Of a stretch of DNA of 64,000 bases, positions 24,460-38,834 are shown one piece after another. The translations under genes and the position numbers were made by a program. Within the stretch, counting starts at the first letter, position 1; every line of letters starts with the position of its first letter. Source of the stretch: Eledone cirrhosa (lineage: Eukaryota); contig OZ024746.1 in NCBI GenBank assembly GCA_964016885.1, positions 64,232,001 to 64,296,000 of the forward strand. Direction: 5' to 3'. Below the pieces are notes generated by a model. The model was given only the letters and a program-made list of their open reading frames with translations. It had not been told where the DNA came from and did not search any database.

Positions 24460-25700
24460 TATGTAAGATGATAAACCGGTATTGACAAACTATGAGATAT
24501 TTTGTGCAGACAACAAATTATAATTTCTTGTCTGTGATTTAAAAAAGGTTTATCAGACATTGCTATTTCAAGAGCTCTGATAGAATGAAAAATATCATTT
24601 GCTTCCATTTCCTTTATATGGACTTCCTGAATTAATAATCAACTGACATAAACTAGTAGAGATCAGATAAGTAGTTGAGGGATGTGTTGTATTTTTAATT
24701 TCACTTCTAAAGGAATTTAAATGTGAGTAGTGCCATTTTAAAAATGAATTTGATGTGGCCTCTACAGTATATAAACATTGCAGCTAGTTGCCATAGTAAC
24801 TGTACATTCTCATACACTACATTATCCTCTAGACAACATCTTTAAGATGGTAATTCCTTGGGTTTCTAGACTTATACTCAATACTATCCGATCTGCTATT
24901 TGTAGTTGTTCTAGGCTGTCATTGGTGGGTAGATTTGTTAGCAATGATTATCTTAATATTCACATTATTACTTTTAATAAGCTAGCTGCTTTTTAAAACA
25001 TGGGATAATTTTTTAACTATAACTTTGCCATTGGATTTATAAAATTTATTTAAAAATTTCATTTTCTAATAGTTACTAAAAGATAAATTAGGTATTGTGG
25101 AGTACAAAATTATGACAGTATTTTTATTTATTACCCTATGGTATCTGAGTGAAAGTGGGAAATGTTTTTGGATGATATTGAAAAATAATTTTGGTATATT
25201 AGACAATACTTGGATTGCAAAAGGAGGATTATACCAAACATTTTTTCACCTTGGTGCATGATATTCATTAATGCCATATAGATAATTATTGCCTTTCACA
25301 TAATTATACCTAGGTTAAAATTATTACCTGTTGCAAGATTTATCTCAATAGATTTCAGTATCTAGATTTTGATGCCCTCAACTCCCTCTAGAATTTCCTT
25401 GAAAGAAACCATTCCAACATGAGTTTGAATCAGAATTACTGTCTCTTCTCCTACATACTCTATGTACACGTATAGGGTCCTACATTTTTTATTGGCTCTG
25501 GAGTAAATGTCATTTTATCATAATAGTCTGACCTAACTAATACTCTGCATGCTGGTTAAATATCTCCTTAGTAGCTAAAAGTTTAGGAATTCTATTTGAA
25601 TCCTCTCTAACTATTAAGTTAATAACAGCTCTCAGGTGGTTAGACATTTTATGTACAAAATGTAGATTCTCATTAGGTTTATGATACGGCTTTATAAGTC
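24460..25700 (-). pseudogene. Decayed Penelope-like element ORF (RT thumb to GIY-YIG endonuclease C-terminus)
   Basis: Minus strand across frameshifts: KPYHKPNENLHFVHKMSNH..EIFNQHAEY (25538-25695); CCLEDNVVYE/CTVT..VYI..ATSNSFLKWHYSHLNSFRSE (~24700-24840); LEIAMSDKPFLNHRQEIIICCLHK (~24500-24575). Confidence 0.65.
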
Positions 25701-26248
25701 TAATTTTAGCGTTACATGTGTAGCGTTACATGTGTAGTGAATTCATTGCATTGGTAATAAATTGTCTTTCTTTATGGAAATGCCCGGTCAACAACCAAGA
25801 CTAAAATAGCCTTGACATCACCAAGGGTTATATAAAACCAAACTTTAAGGCTATCTTTCTCTCTTTCTCAAACTGATCTGTGGTAGTCGCGGTCAACAGG
25901 ACTAGCTCCTATGGTCACCAATCATGCCAGTGGAAGTTATTAAATCTACATCTTCAAATTAATGCATTCAATTTATCTCACAATTCCACCACAGTAAAAT
26001 GCTACCTGCTCATGTCATCCTATTGTTTGCCACATAATTTCATTCATTGCATTTCATGGCAGAAAATAAATCAATTAAATTAGCGGTTTGGTTCACATGC
26101 AAATCTATACCAATTTGATGGGGAAATCCCTTGCCTACATCAACTTTCTATCCACTTCATGTCAACATTGCATCAAGTTATATCAAACATATTATTTCTA
26201 TCTTTCCTAGTCTAATAAAAACCACAAATTATATGTCTAGAAGCCAGT

Positions 26249-26309
<61 letters not shown>

Positions 26310-26554
26310 TTTCCCGTATGAGCAAGACAAGGTCAGCCAACCGGACACTGCCCACAACAGGACAACCCGTTTAACCCATGCTAGCGTGGAAAAATGGACG
26401 TAAAACGGTGATGATGATGATGATGATATATATATATATATATATATATATGTCTAGAAGACAGTCATATATATAATCATCATCATCATCATCATCATTT
26501 TACGTACGCTTTTCCTTGCTTACAAGGGTGGGACGGGTCCTATTCAGCACGGCA

Positions 26555-26602
<48 letters not shown>

Positions 26603-27189
26603 GTATGTGTATATATCTGTGTGTATGTGTATATATATATGTATGTGTGTGTGTATGTATATATATATATATGTATGTGTGTGTGTATGTATGTATATAT
26701 CTGTGTGAATGTATATTTATGTATATATCTGTGTGTATGTATGTATATGCATATATATGTATGTGTGTGTATGCATGTATATACATGTGTGTGTGTGAAA
26801 CAGGCTTCTGTTCAGTTTTTATCTGCCAAATGGGCATTGGTCAGCTCATGGCTATAATAGGAGACACCTGCCCAAGGTACTTCACAGTGGGGTAAAACCT
26901 GAAACCATGTTGCAAAACAAATTTCGTAACTACACAGTCTTACTTGGAACTGAGTTGTATAAATTAATATAAATCCTGTTGTAGCTGTTAAACATGTTAG
27001 ATATTTTGCAGATTCATATTAGACAAGATTCATAAATCAGTTAAGTACACAATACATATACATGTGCACATACACACATATGTATATATGAATATATGAA
27101 TATATGTATGCATCTATGTATGTATCTATGTATGTGTATGTGAATGTACATATCTATGTATGTATGTGTGTATGTATATGTATGTATAT

Positions 27190-28308
27190 GTGAGGACAGT
27201 ACAAGCTTTGTACAGAGGTGCTGTCAGTAAAGTGAGGGTAGGAATGGAGTTTAGTGAGGAATTCCAGATACAAGTAGGAGTACATCAGGGTTCGGTCCTC
27301 AGCCCGCTCTTGTTCATTATAGTCCTCCAAGCCATAACAGAGGAGTTTAAGACTGGCTGTCCATGGGAACTTCTCTATGCTGACGATCTGGTTCTTATAG
27401 CAGAATCAGTAGAGGAGCTAGAGAATAAATTCTGGCTATGGAAACAGCAGTTGGAATTAAGAGCACTGAGAGTGAACCTAGCTAAGACAGAAGTGTTGAT
27501 GAGTAGAAAAGAGGACAAAAACTCTGATTCCATCAGGGAAATGGCCATGTTCAATATGCAGAAAAGGAACTGGCATAAATTCTATAAAATGTACACAATG
27601 CAGATCTTGAGTTCACAAGAGATGTAGCGGGATAGCAGGCAAACTAACAGGTAGGGAGAAATATGTATGTAGTAGATGTACAGGGAAATTTGACAGTAGA
27701 AGTTACATTGATAGACACATTTTTCAAATGCAGGTTGGTTCTATAGAAATGGTTGATACCTTCCAGTACCTAGGTGATCAGATTAGCATGTGGTGAGGGG
27801 GGTTTCTGAGGCCATAGTATCTAGAATAAGGACGGGTTGGAAGAAGTTTAGGGAGCTGCTTCCTCTGCTGATGAAGAAGGGTTTCTCCCTGCGAACGAAA
27901 GGCCGGTTATATGATGCCTGTGTGAAGTGCGCGATGCTGCATGGTAGTGAAACATGGGCAGCAACTGCAGAGGATATATGACGGCTGGAGAGAAATGAGG
28001 CAAGCATGCTCTGTTGGATGTGCAATGTCAATGTGCCTGAACGACCGAGCATGGATGAGTTGAGAGAGAAACTGTGTTTAAGAGGGATAAGTTGTAGTGT
28101 GCAAGAGAGAAGACTGTGATGGTATGGACATGTGATGCGCATGGAGGATGACTGCTGGGTAAATAGGTGCCAAGAAATACCAAGAAATGTCAGTAGAGGA
28201 AGATCACGAAAAAACATGGGCAGAGGTGGTGATAGCAGACCTCAGATCGCTGAAGCTTACGGTGGAGATGACAAAGGACCGTGACAAGTGGAGAGATGAT
28301 GATGATGA
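27190..28308 (+). mobile_element. 5'-truncated RTE LINE (RT C-terminal half)
   Basis: VGVHQGSVLSPLLF..LLYADDLVL..RLYDACV..HGSETW, with frameshifts and a (gat)n end. Confidence 0.93.
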
Positions 28309-28337
28309 ATGTGTGTATGTATATGTATGTATATATG

Positions 28338-28370
<33 letters not shown>

Positions 28371-28919
28371 GTATGTATATATATATGTATGTATATATAT
28401 ATATATAAATTTTTAGTATATATTGGTTGTTTACCGACACTTCAGTATGCAGATCGGAGAACTCAACGAAGTACATAGGTTGGTTTGTTTACTCCGGTGT
28501 AATGTAAAATAATTAAGTCAAATATGTAAAATTTGGCTTCGTTTATTATAAATTAAAAATTACTCCCACCTCTTTCTGTTCAAACTGGCTGTAACCTGCC
28601 ACTCATATTGATATTAAATGAATAATATCAAAATGAATAATATCAAAATCTCATAGATTCGATATTATGTGGTATAGTTATGCAAGGTAAAGCACTTACC
28701 ATGAAAATATAATAGTATATATAGAGTAATGTAAATACTAAAGTGTTAAATTGTCGTCAACAGTCCAGATTAAACATTAGTGAACATATAAATTAAGAAA
28801 ATGGAAAGCGTCATTGAGAAACATGGATCAATTATGTTAGATGTTTTTACTCAGTTCTTGAAATGGCATAAACTGGAGAGAAAAAAATACTTGTACAACT
28901 AGAAGAATCTAAAACAAAA

Positions 28920-29114
28920 TATTGTGTATACTCATATAAAATGAAAAATATGTGACAAAAAATTGATGGTAAAATAGGGGTTGGGCAGATTATATTCACC
29001 ATCTAAACAATGTGTTGATTAGCAGTCTCAACTTATAAATGGGGTTTCGGATTTTTGCCCATTTCTCAGACATAAAATAGAAGGGATGGACTTATATTTG
29101 AGTATATGCGGTAA
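28920..29114. mobile_element. pogo/Tigger-like MITE remnant
   Basis: Ends tgtgtatactcatataa / ttatatttgagtatatgcggta. Related ends at ~37938 and ~46337. Confidence 0.5.
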
Positions 29115-31498
29115 GTAGAAATTTTCTTAGTTCTGACAAATCAGTGTTTCAGGTTCTAAGCAGCAAGTTTTCTGGGGTTTTCTATATATTAAAAAAATCC
29201 TTCCACTACCCTTCAAAACCACAAATAATATTAATGTTCAACTTGTGTTGGCCTTTCTTTGTAGGGTAAAAATGAACAGCAGAGAAATTCAAGACAGGTT
29301 GAAGTTCCAGTAAGAAAGTATAAAAGTAATGTGTTTAGTAGGGGGTTGATGTAATGAGATGCAGAAGGAATGAAAGAGTATTTAAGTAGATGTAGCAGAG
29401 GAAGCTATGGTAAATGCAAGATGTGATTCAATACATCAGTGGGTTTGTGATCTAGGGGTTTAGTTTTCCATGTTGCATTTGAAATGTTTAAGGTTAATAG
29501 CCGCTGAAAATATCTGGACAGGAAAAATCCTGGTGTAGTGCCATTTAGTGATAAAAGATAGTACATTTTGCAACACAAAAAGTTCAGAATTGAGATAGTG
29601 AGCATAGCAAAAAGCAAGCAAGTATATATATATATATATATGTGTGTGTGCATGCACATGTTAGTTTGGAATAATAGCTGGGTGAACGTATTCTAATCAG
29701 ATATTTTCTGTGATATATAACATACATCATTCTGACTTTTTGGCTTTTGTTTTGTATGGCTGTGATGCATTGAAAGATTTCAGATATAAGAGAATAGATA
29801 AACATGAAAGCAACACAGCAATTAATGGTGTAACAGACCCTGTAGATCAGTTTGATCAGAAAGGTTTTGTCCAGTTTTGATGTTTAAGCCATAATACATT
29901 TTGTAGTTGGTTCTAACTATGAGAAAAATTCCATTGATGTTTGGGAAAACTTTATGGGGCAATATCTAGCAAAAGAAAAAAAAAAGGAACATTATTTTTT
30001 TTTTTAGTTTCAAGACCACAAAATATAAATGTTTAAGTCTACTGTTTGTTTATTGATTTTTGGATTAAAGTGTTGCAGATGTTATGCTGGCGGAGTAATA
30101 TTTGAAGAAACACTGTTAAAAAGAGCAGCTGCAATAACTTTTAAAAAACCTACAACTGCATAAATTGGCAGCTAGTGTGTTTTCTTGTTGACGTCTACAC
30201 ATAATGCTATTGAAATATCCATTGCTTGAATCAACAGAACCAAAGAAATCTTTATATAGACTGTTATGATTGGTTTCCCTTATAAAAAAATTAGGCTAAC
30301 ATTCTTTACATGAAAGCCAAAAGTTATAATTATTGGTATAATAAATAATTATATGTTGGAGATAGATATCGTTTCACAGATGTTTTGGTAAGATGAGAAA
30401 AGATTCTTTCTTGGATAGGATACTAGTCTATTGCAAGTAACTTCCCCTGCAGATGGACTTGAATTTAAAATTGTAATTGATTTTTAAATCATCAATTTAG
30501 CAAAACCATTACAAGCCTAGAACACAATGCCATATAATATTTATTCTGTATATCTGTACACTGAGTTCAAATTCTGCTGTGATCAAATTTGTCTTTCTTC
30601 CTTTTGGCTTTGGTAAAATTAAATACTAATCTAGGGAAATGTTAGTGTTGGATTAGATGCATAGTGGCATTAGTTCTGGCTTTAGGCATTCTGAGTTCAA
30701 ATCCTTCTATAGCTTACTTGGGTGGTAGACTAAATCTGTCACTCAGTTTTACACCATTACTTGGTCCTTGGGTGCCTTTAGCAGAGTCCACTGTTATAAT
30801 ATTTGGACCAGGTTTCCAGTTTGAGGACACCGTTCTCCCTCCATCCCATCATTCACAGAGACCAAAAAGTGTTTATAGATACTGCCCTTCTTTCCCTGAC
30901 TAAACAAGAAAATATATGCTTCCATTTCACTTATTGCAGTAAAATTTTCCTACAGGTACAATCCATATGACGAACTTCCACACAAGCTCTCATCCCTCCA
31001 AATTTCCCCCACAATCTAAAGCTATGGTAGAAGACACATGCCAACACAGAGTAAGATTGAACCAGGGATCATATGAGAGCAAGACAAATTTCTTAACTAT
31101 TCCGCCATGCCAGCACTCTTCAGACATTTGAAACACTCTATACAGTTGTTCAATCTGTTAGAAATAGCAGCCAAATCTCATGCAATGGATTTAAGTAAAA
31201 TCTAAAATAGAGAAAAATGTATTAGACAATAAAGTTCCCTCTTATTAGTTTATTTTATGATACCTTGTCACCCCAGGCTTCTGTATCAAGAGTAGACAGA
31301 GTGGACGATAAGGTTCTGAACTCTCATTTCATTGGTTGTGACTTCATATATGTCTGTCATCTTCTTGTTTCAGAGTTCTTCAACACTGAAGTTCACCTTG
31401 TCAGTTTACTTAGGTATCAAGATTATGTACCAGAGAATGGGGTTGTTTTAACTGGTATTCTATCCAGAGAGGAACTTTTATCTACCACATGTTTAAAA

Positions 31499-31969
31499 CA
31501 GTGGTTCTCAACCTTTATTTACCTATGGCTCCTTTGATTCCTATTTTACTCAATGTTTAAAATATCCTATTGTATTTTTATAGTTAAATATTAACAGGAA
31601 TTGTATAAAAATTTGTTGAAATATTTTGTATATTGTAGAAGTATAACTTATTTATTATACATAAACTTTAACAACTAAATTCTATGGGAAATGAATGTTC
31701 ACTTGTTAAAATAAGTCATAAATGATGACAATATTCCATTAAATATCTATCTTATATTTTTATTCCATTACCACAGAATGAAGCAAAACAAATAAGTTTC
31801 TTTCTCTAACACTTAAGATAGTTTCTTGCAAATAATATGTCTAAAGCAAAAGATTTATATGAGCATCTAAAATAGTATTGTGGATCCCCAATTTACTATT
31901 TTGCTTGCATGAACTCCAAAATGTTTATATTGACCCCCAAAGATCATGTGGACTACTTGAAAACCACTG
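31499..31969. mobile_element. hAT-type MITE
   Basis: TIR cagtggttctcaa / ttgaaaaccactg; TSD degraded. Confidence 0.65.
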
Positions 31970-32984
31970 GTCAAGACTGAAATAATCAGCAACATTTCAG
32001 AACTATTCAAGGTTCTTGAAGATATTTTTCTACTAGTATCTGTTCTAGAAAATGTAAATTACATTAAAGAGACTTCCTGTCCAGTATTTTATTTGTCTCT
32101 CATTTACTTAACATCACTAAATTCCAAGCTAAAATCCAGTTTTATAATCCTTAGAGATATTTATTAACATCATTGCACTGCTTTGTCTACATATTGTTAG
32201 ATTTGTAGTTAATTTTATGGTTTTTTCACATTTTACTACTCTCTATGATATTGTGTGAGATGGTGAGAAACTGGCTGAATAATAACAAGCCTAACTATAG
32301 TTATTTTCATCTTCATCTTCATGAAACATACTAACCTACCATCAACAGATATTAAATTATATACAAAAGTACACACTTTTAGTTTTGTTGTCTCTTGTCT
32401 ATACAATTATTACATTATGACTAAAACTGGTGTATGTTTTCACAGACAATTTTAGTGTCCTTAAAACAACAATTTTTAATTTAATTATTTTCATGAAAAA
32501 ATTTTTCTCTTTTTTTCTTTGCTTTTCTTTGCTGTCCCTGAACAACAAATGACATTAGATATTATATGTCAGTGTCTGTCAACTAAATGGACATTTTTTT
32601 TTATTACCACTTCATACATGTGTTTTATTGCACAGTAAAAATATACTCTTTGCTATTCCAATTGATCATTTGGTTCTTCAAAAGAACATTTTACAATCTA
32701 ATGAAATCAATATTAGTAAAAAAATAAAAAAATAAAATAATAATAATAATAATAATTTATTTCTTGACCACGAGGAGTTTACAAAAAATACATTAAGGAC
32801 AGCACAGGACGGTACAATGATGGTTCAAAGGATGTAACAAAAAAATAGAAACAAAGGAAAATTCCCCAATGGGGAGACTTTTGAGGGTGGAGAAAGCCCA
32901 CAAGAGCTACAGCCATCGTGACCACCAGGGCAAGTGCCCTCTCATAGGTGCCCACCCTCAATCTACAGGCACACACTCAGAGCA

Positions 32985-33176
32985 GGCTCATACTTTACCG
33001 AGGAGGCTTAACAAGGAGATCCCTCTGTAATTGGAATAATCTCTCTTGTCTCCCTTGTTGAAAATTGGGACTATCACTCCTGATTGCCATTGCTTAGGTG
33101 TCTTTCTAGAGGTCCAGGTCACCCGGCACACACGAGTCAGCCAGAGAATACCTTCTCTATTTAAGGCTTTTAACAT
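32985..33176 (-). mobile_element. RTE-like LINE RT fragment
   Basis: MLKAL..WQSGVIVPIFNKGDKRDYSNYRGISLLSLLGKV. Confidence 0.88.
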
Positions 33177-33560
33177 GTACTAATGTCAGAAATAAATATA
33201 AGTAAACATCAAGTATAAGGAATATAGCAAAAGAAAAAAAGTCTAGTCTTTTGAAACTAGAGGGAATCTGCAAAGTAAAAACCAAGTAAAAGTTTTGTAA
33301 AATAAAACAATTTTGTATGCTGAGGAGAAATGAGTATGAACTTCTGGCACCCAAGCTTATTCTATATTATAAAATTTATTTATTATGAATATAAATGAGT
33401 AATTTGTGTGAGATTTGATTAACCTGTGGAAAAGTTTGACATAGTATGAAGGTTATACCAAATTCTCATTTTCCAAATTTATGGAACAGTTAACAGAGCT
33501 AATAAAAGAAAAACCAGTTGACTACCTTAGCAGTATAATCAACTGCAAGCTGATGAATGT

Positions 33561-33830
33561 CATCTGTGCATGGTGGCCTGACTGACCAGCTGTTTAGTAT
33601 GTTGGTGAATGAAGCACATACATGTAGACGTACATGAATCATCTGTACATGGTGGACTGACCAGCTGCTAGTAGTATGTGGCAGTTGGTGAATGATGTAC
33701 AACTATGTAGACCTACAGACACTACATCTGTGCATGGTAGCTTGGCTGGCGTTTTAGTTATAGGCTATTATCTACAAACAATACTTCTGTAGTATCTGTA
33801 CATGGAAGCTTGATTGGCTGTTTAGAAACA
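33561..33830 (+). repeat. Degenerate 68-85-bp tandem array, 4 units
   Basis: Conserved block atctgtRcatgg..ctg..tag at ~33561, 33640, 33725 and 33793. Confidence 0.7.
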
Positions 33831-34677
33831 TGTCATTACCTACAGTCACTGCAACACAAGTGTGATTTATGCTGTTCAATTAAAAGAAAATAATTTTGTG
33901 TTCTAAATTTGTTGAGAATTTAACCTCGATAAAAAATATCCTGCTCTTCCTATGAGTAGCAGTAGTTTTGTAATGGTGTGGTATGACAAACTGTTCTATA
34001 GCATTGCCAACATGGCAGTCTCACAGATGATTGTTACATGTTATCAACGGGAAAGCACAACCATTCTAGTTAGTGGATTACCATGGACTACAGGTAGCAT
34101 AGCGAGCTCTGATACTAAATAGTAATTGAAACCAAAATAGATGTGAGTGGAAGTTTAGCTCAAATTAAGAAATAAAATTACTGTCGCTGAACTTTGATAT
34201 ATTTGATGTTCATCAGATTAAACTCTTCATGAAAAATTTAGAATTTCTTCATTTGAAAAGAACAGATTAAAGAAAACTGCATGGCTGATATCATTTGAAG
34301 AAATTAGAAAGTTTCTTTGTTGGGTAGATGAAGATTTTGTTATTTTTAACTTCAGAGTTTTTAGGAAATAACTTTTCAACACAAGAGTCAAATTGTATTT
34401 CTTCCAGTCAATTAGAAAATGTTTTTCAAAAGTTTAGGTCAGCAAGTAAAGAGCAACGACATCAAAGCTAGGAAGAAATGATATCAAGGAAGATACAACA
34501 TTGCTACTTAGAAAGAGATTGTGCCAAGAGATCTTAATTCTACAATAAAAATAAAAATGGTAAATTCACTCTCTAGTCCTAGTATGTTAGACGGCATGCT
34601 TTGAGGCATATAATTATGGCCCTTTACATTTGGATTTCAAATCCAGCTGAGGTTAACTTTGCCTTTCATCCGTCTGA

Positions 34678-34952
34678 GGAGGGAGAGAAGGATAGAGACC
34701 ATTGCCCTTTTTAGGACCTTTGTGGGAGGGAGAGAGAGAAGGACAAAGCTCATGACACTTTTAGGACCTCTATGGGGGGAGAGAAGGACAGAGATCATGG
34801 CCATTTTTAGGACCTCTGTTGGGGGAGAGAAGGACAGAACCCATGGTCCTTTTTAGGACTGCTGTGGGAGGGACAGAGTCCATGAAACTTATCAGAACTT
34901 TTGTGGGAGTGAGAAAGAGATTGACAGATCCCATGACCCTTTTCGGGACCTG
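34678..34952 (+). repeat. Degenerate ~43-bp minisatellite
   Basis: Unit gggagagaaggacagagNccatgNcctttttaggacctNtgt, ~6 copies. Confidence 0.85.
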
Positions 34953-36409
34953 TAAGAGGGTCAGAAGTATCATCAAACTGAAAACATGGCTTGGATACTG
35001 GCAATAGAGTTGTTTCCTCTTAAGAACTGGGTGGTGGTGTTAAACTAGATGATGGATGAAGTCTACCACCCAAGTAGGTCATAATAGGATTTGAACTCAG
35101 CACACAAAGGATAATAGGATTTGAATTCTGCACACAAAGAGCCAGAACAAGTACTGCAACTCTGCTCTAATGATTCTGCCCTTTCACTGTCCTATTTAGT
35201 TATTGACCCCAGAAGGATGAAAAGCAGAGTTGACTTTGACAGGATTTGAACTCCGAATAAAAAGAGGCAGATATTTATATCACATTATCATCATATTAAA
35301 AGTCAACATGAGGTTATAATGAAAGACACTTGCCGAAGGTACCATGCTGTGGCATTGAAGCCAAAACAACATGATTGCAAAGGAAACTTCTAAATCATAC
35401 AGCCATGCTTGTACATATATTGTGTTGGAGATGACTAAACAAATTTGACAAATTTCTGAAACAGATTTGCAGCCTTATGACGCCATTACATAAAATCAAT
35501 ATTGTGATAAATATCTTGGAAATATAATTATTGTTTTGTAGAAACAAATTTGATGTGATTCACTAATTTTGACTTCAAATTTGGATTTAGTACCTTCAGA
35601 ATAATAAAGATAAGTCTGATTATGAAATCATCCAATGATAGGATTTTTATATGGCTATTTACTCTGCTAGAAAAGTAGTCTGAAATTCCACCTGACCCTT
35701 TTAAAAGAGAAGACACATTGGATGTTGTAATTTTAGATACCCTTGAAAAGACAGTATAGTCACAGCTGGAGGGTTTTTGACCATATGTAGGCTTGATTAA
35801 ATACTGATCTGAAGCTAAACAACAATAAAAGCAACAGGTTTTATCATTCCCTCATTTTCTTCTGTATTGATTTCACATTTCTTTGACTTGTTTTAAAGAG
35901 AAATGGAGCCAGGTGGCTAACACAGGTGTATATTTAAAATCTGCTTTAAATTATATTTTTTTTTAACGTGTTTATATGTACATATAAGTATTTTATTTTT
36001 ATTTTTCCTTCTGGCACTAAACATGCATTAAAAAAAACACATGTAGCAGATTGACACACTTCAAAAGCCATTATGAACACACCAAGCATGTGTGTATGCA
36101 TGCACGTGTGTGTATGTAAGTAAATATGAAACATCTGTAGGACATATATGTATACAAACAGGTAGTGCCTATAAATAGTCACCTATATACACTACATAAA
36201 AAAAAAACAGACAAAATAATATCTAAATATCTATGTACATAAACAAGATGCTTACATATACATATCTACCACACGTACATACACATATCTACCACACCCT
36301 CAAACATAAATATCTTTTTTAAATTGTTTGATACAATGGATCCAATTAATTATTATATATAAGGAAACTTTCCATATAGCACATATACAAATGGTAATTA
36401 GGTATATAG

Positions 36410-36442
<33 letters not shown>

Positions 36443-36549
36443 GCACACACATACACATGTATGAATATATATATATATTTATATATATATATATGTATGT
36501 ATATATGCATATATATATATGTATGTATATATGCATATATATATATGTA

Positions 36550-36895
36550 TACCTGCAACCCTGATGGTATCCAATGATGTTGACTTGTTCTTCTTTTTGG
36601 TGAATATCATCTTGGTTAAGAGAGTGGGACTGGTTTGTGCAGTGCCTCTGCTCACTATAAAAGCTTCACGGCACAGGCATTGCTTTATATCTGGAGATCT
36701 CTCTGCACTTGTCGTCACATGGTACCATGGGCCCAGCACTATGTGTCAATAATTGTCACAAGTGTAGTGTTTGTACCAGAGTTTTCAAGTCGCTGGATGG
36801 ACTAAAAAGTCACACTCGTTCAGCACATCGGTAGGGATTCTCCTACATGGATATAAAGTAGTGGCCGTACTCGAAAACGAGTTGGCAGCCACCAT
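36550..36895 (+). mobile_element. SINE-like element with Nin-like domain and LINE-derived C2H2 tail
   Basis: Second copy at 49207-49617. Contains aaaagcttcacggcacaggc. The 3' part encodes [23 protein letters not shown]. Confidence 0.6.
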
Positions 36896-37451
36896 ATATG
36901 TATGTATATATGCATATATAAATGTATGTATATATGCATATATATATGTATGTATGTATATATGCATATATATCTATGTATGTATATGTATGTATATATG
37001 CATATATATCTATGTATGTATATGTATGTATATATGCATATATATCTATATATGTATATATGTATATATTTATATATATGTGTATATCTATCTATATATG
37101 TATATATGTATGTATATGTATATATATATATATATATATTCACATACGCTATAATATGCAGATTATGTAAAATTCACCTATTTTTAAAGTTTTGATAATT
37201 AATTGGATATGTGTAATGGTATCCAATTTAAAAATGATATTTGTGTTTGAAGGTGTGTCTATACAAATCTCATCCATTAATATATATCCAGCATAGAACA
37301 ACATTCTTACTAAAAAGGTACGGTATACTAGAAAGTTACATTGAAACCTGAGCAGGCTAATGAGGGAGCCACAATGCCATTAGAAATAGCAGTCAAATCT
37401 TACTCAATTATACACTGTTTTTTTTTTAAAAAAGGACACATTATATAATAC

Positions 37452-37622
37452 AGTGAAATTCCATTAGAACGAAATTCACGGGGTACAAAAATAAATTCGT
37501 TGTAACGAAAAATTATTTACAATGAGATCGACCAAAACAAATCAAGCAGTTGTTTGTTATTACATTGGGGATTGAAAAAAATTTGTTATACCGAAAAATT
37601 CTTTATAATGGAATTTTACCTG
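37452..37622. mobile_element. Tigger-like MITE
   Basis: cagtgaaattccatta..aacgaa / ttataatggaattttacctg inverted ends. Confidence 0.5.
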
Positions 37623-38128
37623 CATATTCATAGGAACTCTTAAAATAATGAGATAGCCATATGTCTCAAAACCAAGAAGAAGGAGAAATCTTCTTAATTA
37701 CATGACTATGTTTGCACTTACTGTTAAAATCAGGATTGACTTGGGTATGAACAACAAAATCAACATCTGAAAGTGTGTGTAAAATTATAGACATTCAGTA
37801 CAGGAAAATTTCAGGAGCTATTTTGATTCATCAAACATGAAGTACTGAGATGGAAGTGGGTGCTGGAAAAATGTGACAGTTGAGGCTTTTACTATAACAT
37901 TAAAATTAATGGCTGATGTACTGATGTCATTAAAATTACCATATATACTCAAGTAATAATTGATCTCATGTAAAAGTTGACCTCCCTATTTTTAGCCAAA
38001 GAATCTGGAATTTTCCATAGACCTAGTATAATAGTTGATCATAGTAGTTCACAAATAACAGGGTTACATTTGTGAGTCAAGGTATCATCCTGTATGTAGA
38101 AATAACAGTTACAAAATTATGAATTTAA

Positions 38129-38339
38129 CCCTTTAGCATTTACATTACTCTATATATACTATTGTATTTTCACAGAAAAGGTTTTATCTTACATAATATC
38201 TCACATAATATTGAATCGATGAGATTTTGATATTATTTATTTTGAGAACAATACCTTAACAGCAGCCAATTCTGGCTAGTTTGAACAGAATGAAATGAGA
38301 GAATTCTGGCTGGATACAACCGGTTTAAATGCTAAAGGG
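38129..38339. mobile_element. piggyBac-like MITE
   Basis: TTAA-ccctttagcattta .. taaatgctaaaggg. Related copies at ~28572-28750 and ~41720-41860. Confidence 0.65.
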
Positions 38340-38834
38340 ATATGGCATACTTACTTTATTGCAAATACATATCTGAAACTACAAATTTACCCAAACATGT
38401 GCCTACCTTATTGCACCCTGCTCTATAGCAGTGGCATACCAGTAGAAATATTACCCAAGGCAATTTACAGTAATTATGAGATATAAATTGATTGCACTAA
38501 GTTAGTCTTGTAAGTTTGATGGATACAAGTAAAAGAACAACTGTAATATTTATAAGAGCTACCCGTTAGTTTAAGCGGCCTTGTTTATGGATTTTGTTAT
38601 TTACTTGGACATTTTTTGATGTATAGAATCAGTAATATTACTGCAATTCATTGCTTTTGTTTTTAATAGTTTAGAGAGCTACTGCTACTGATATGGTACT
38701 TTGGATCCTAGCTTGAATTTCAAGCCTTTCAACAGTAGTATCCAATAGACAAGCCTATATATTTAACCTTAAAAAATTGTCTTAAGAATTCGACTTTTAC
38801 AGAAGTATATACAGTAATCATTATTAATCCTTTG

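Noticed and set aside
29405-29659. Minus-strand ORFs near 29.5 kb as host exons
   Set aside because: They start in microsatellite, with no recognisable protein or convincing splice sites.
33561-33830. CRISPR-like repeat-spacer appearance
   Set aside because: Eukaryotic context, degenerate repeats, mutually similar spacers and no cas genes.
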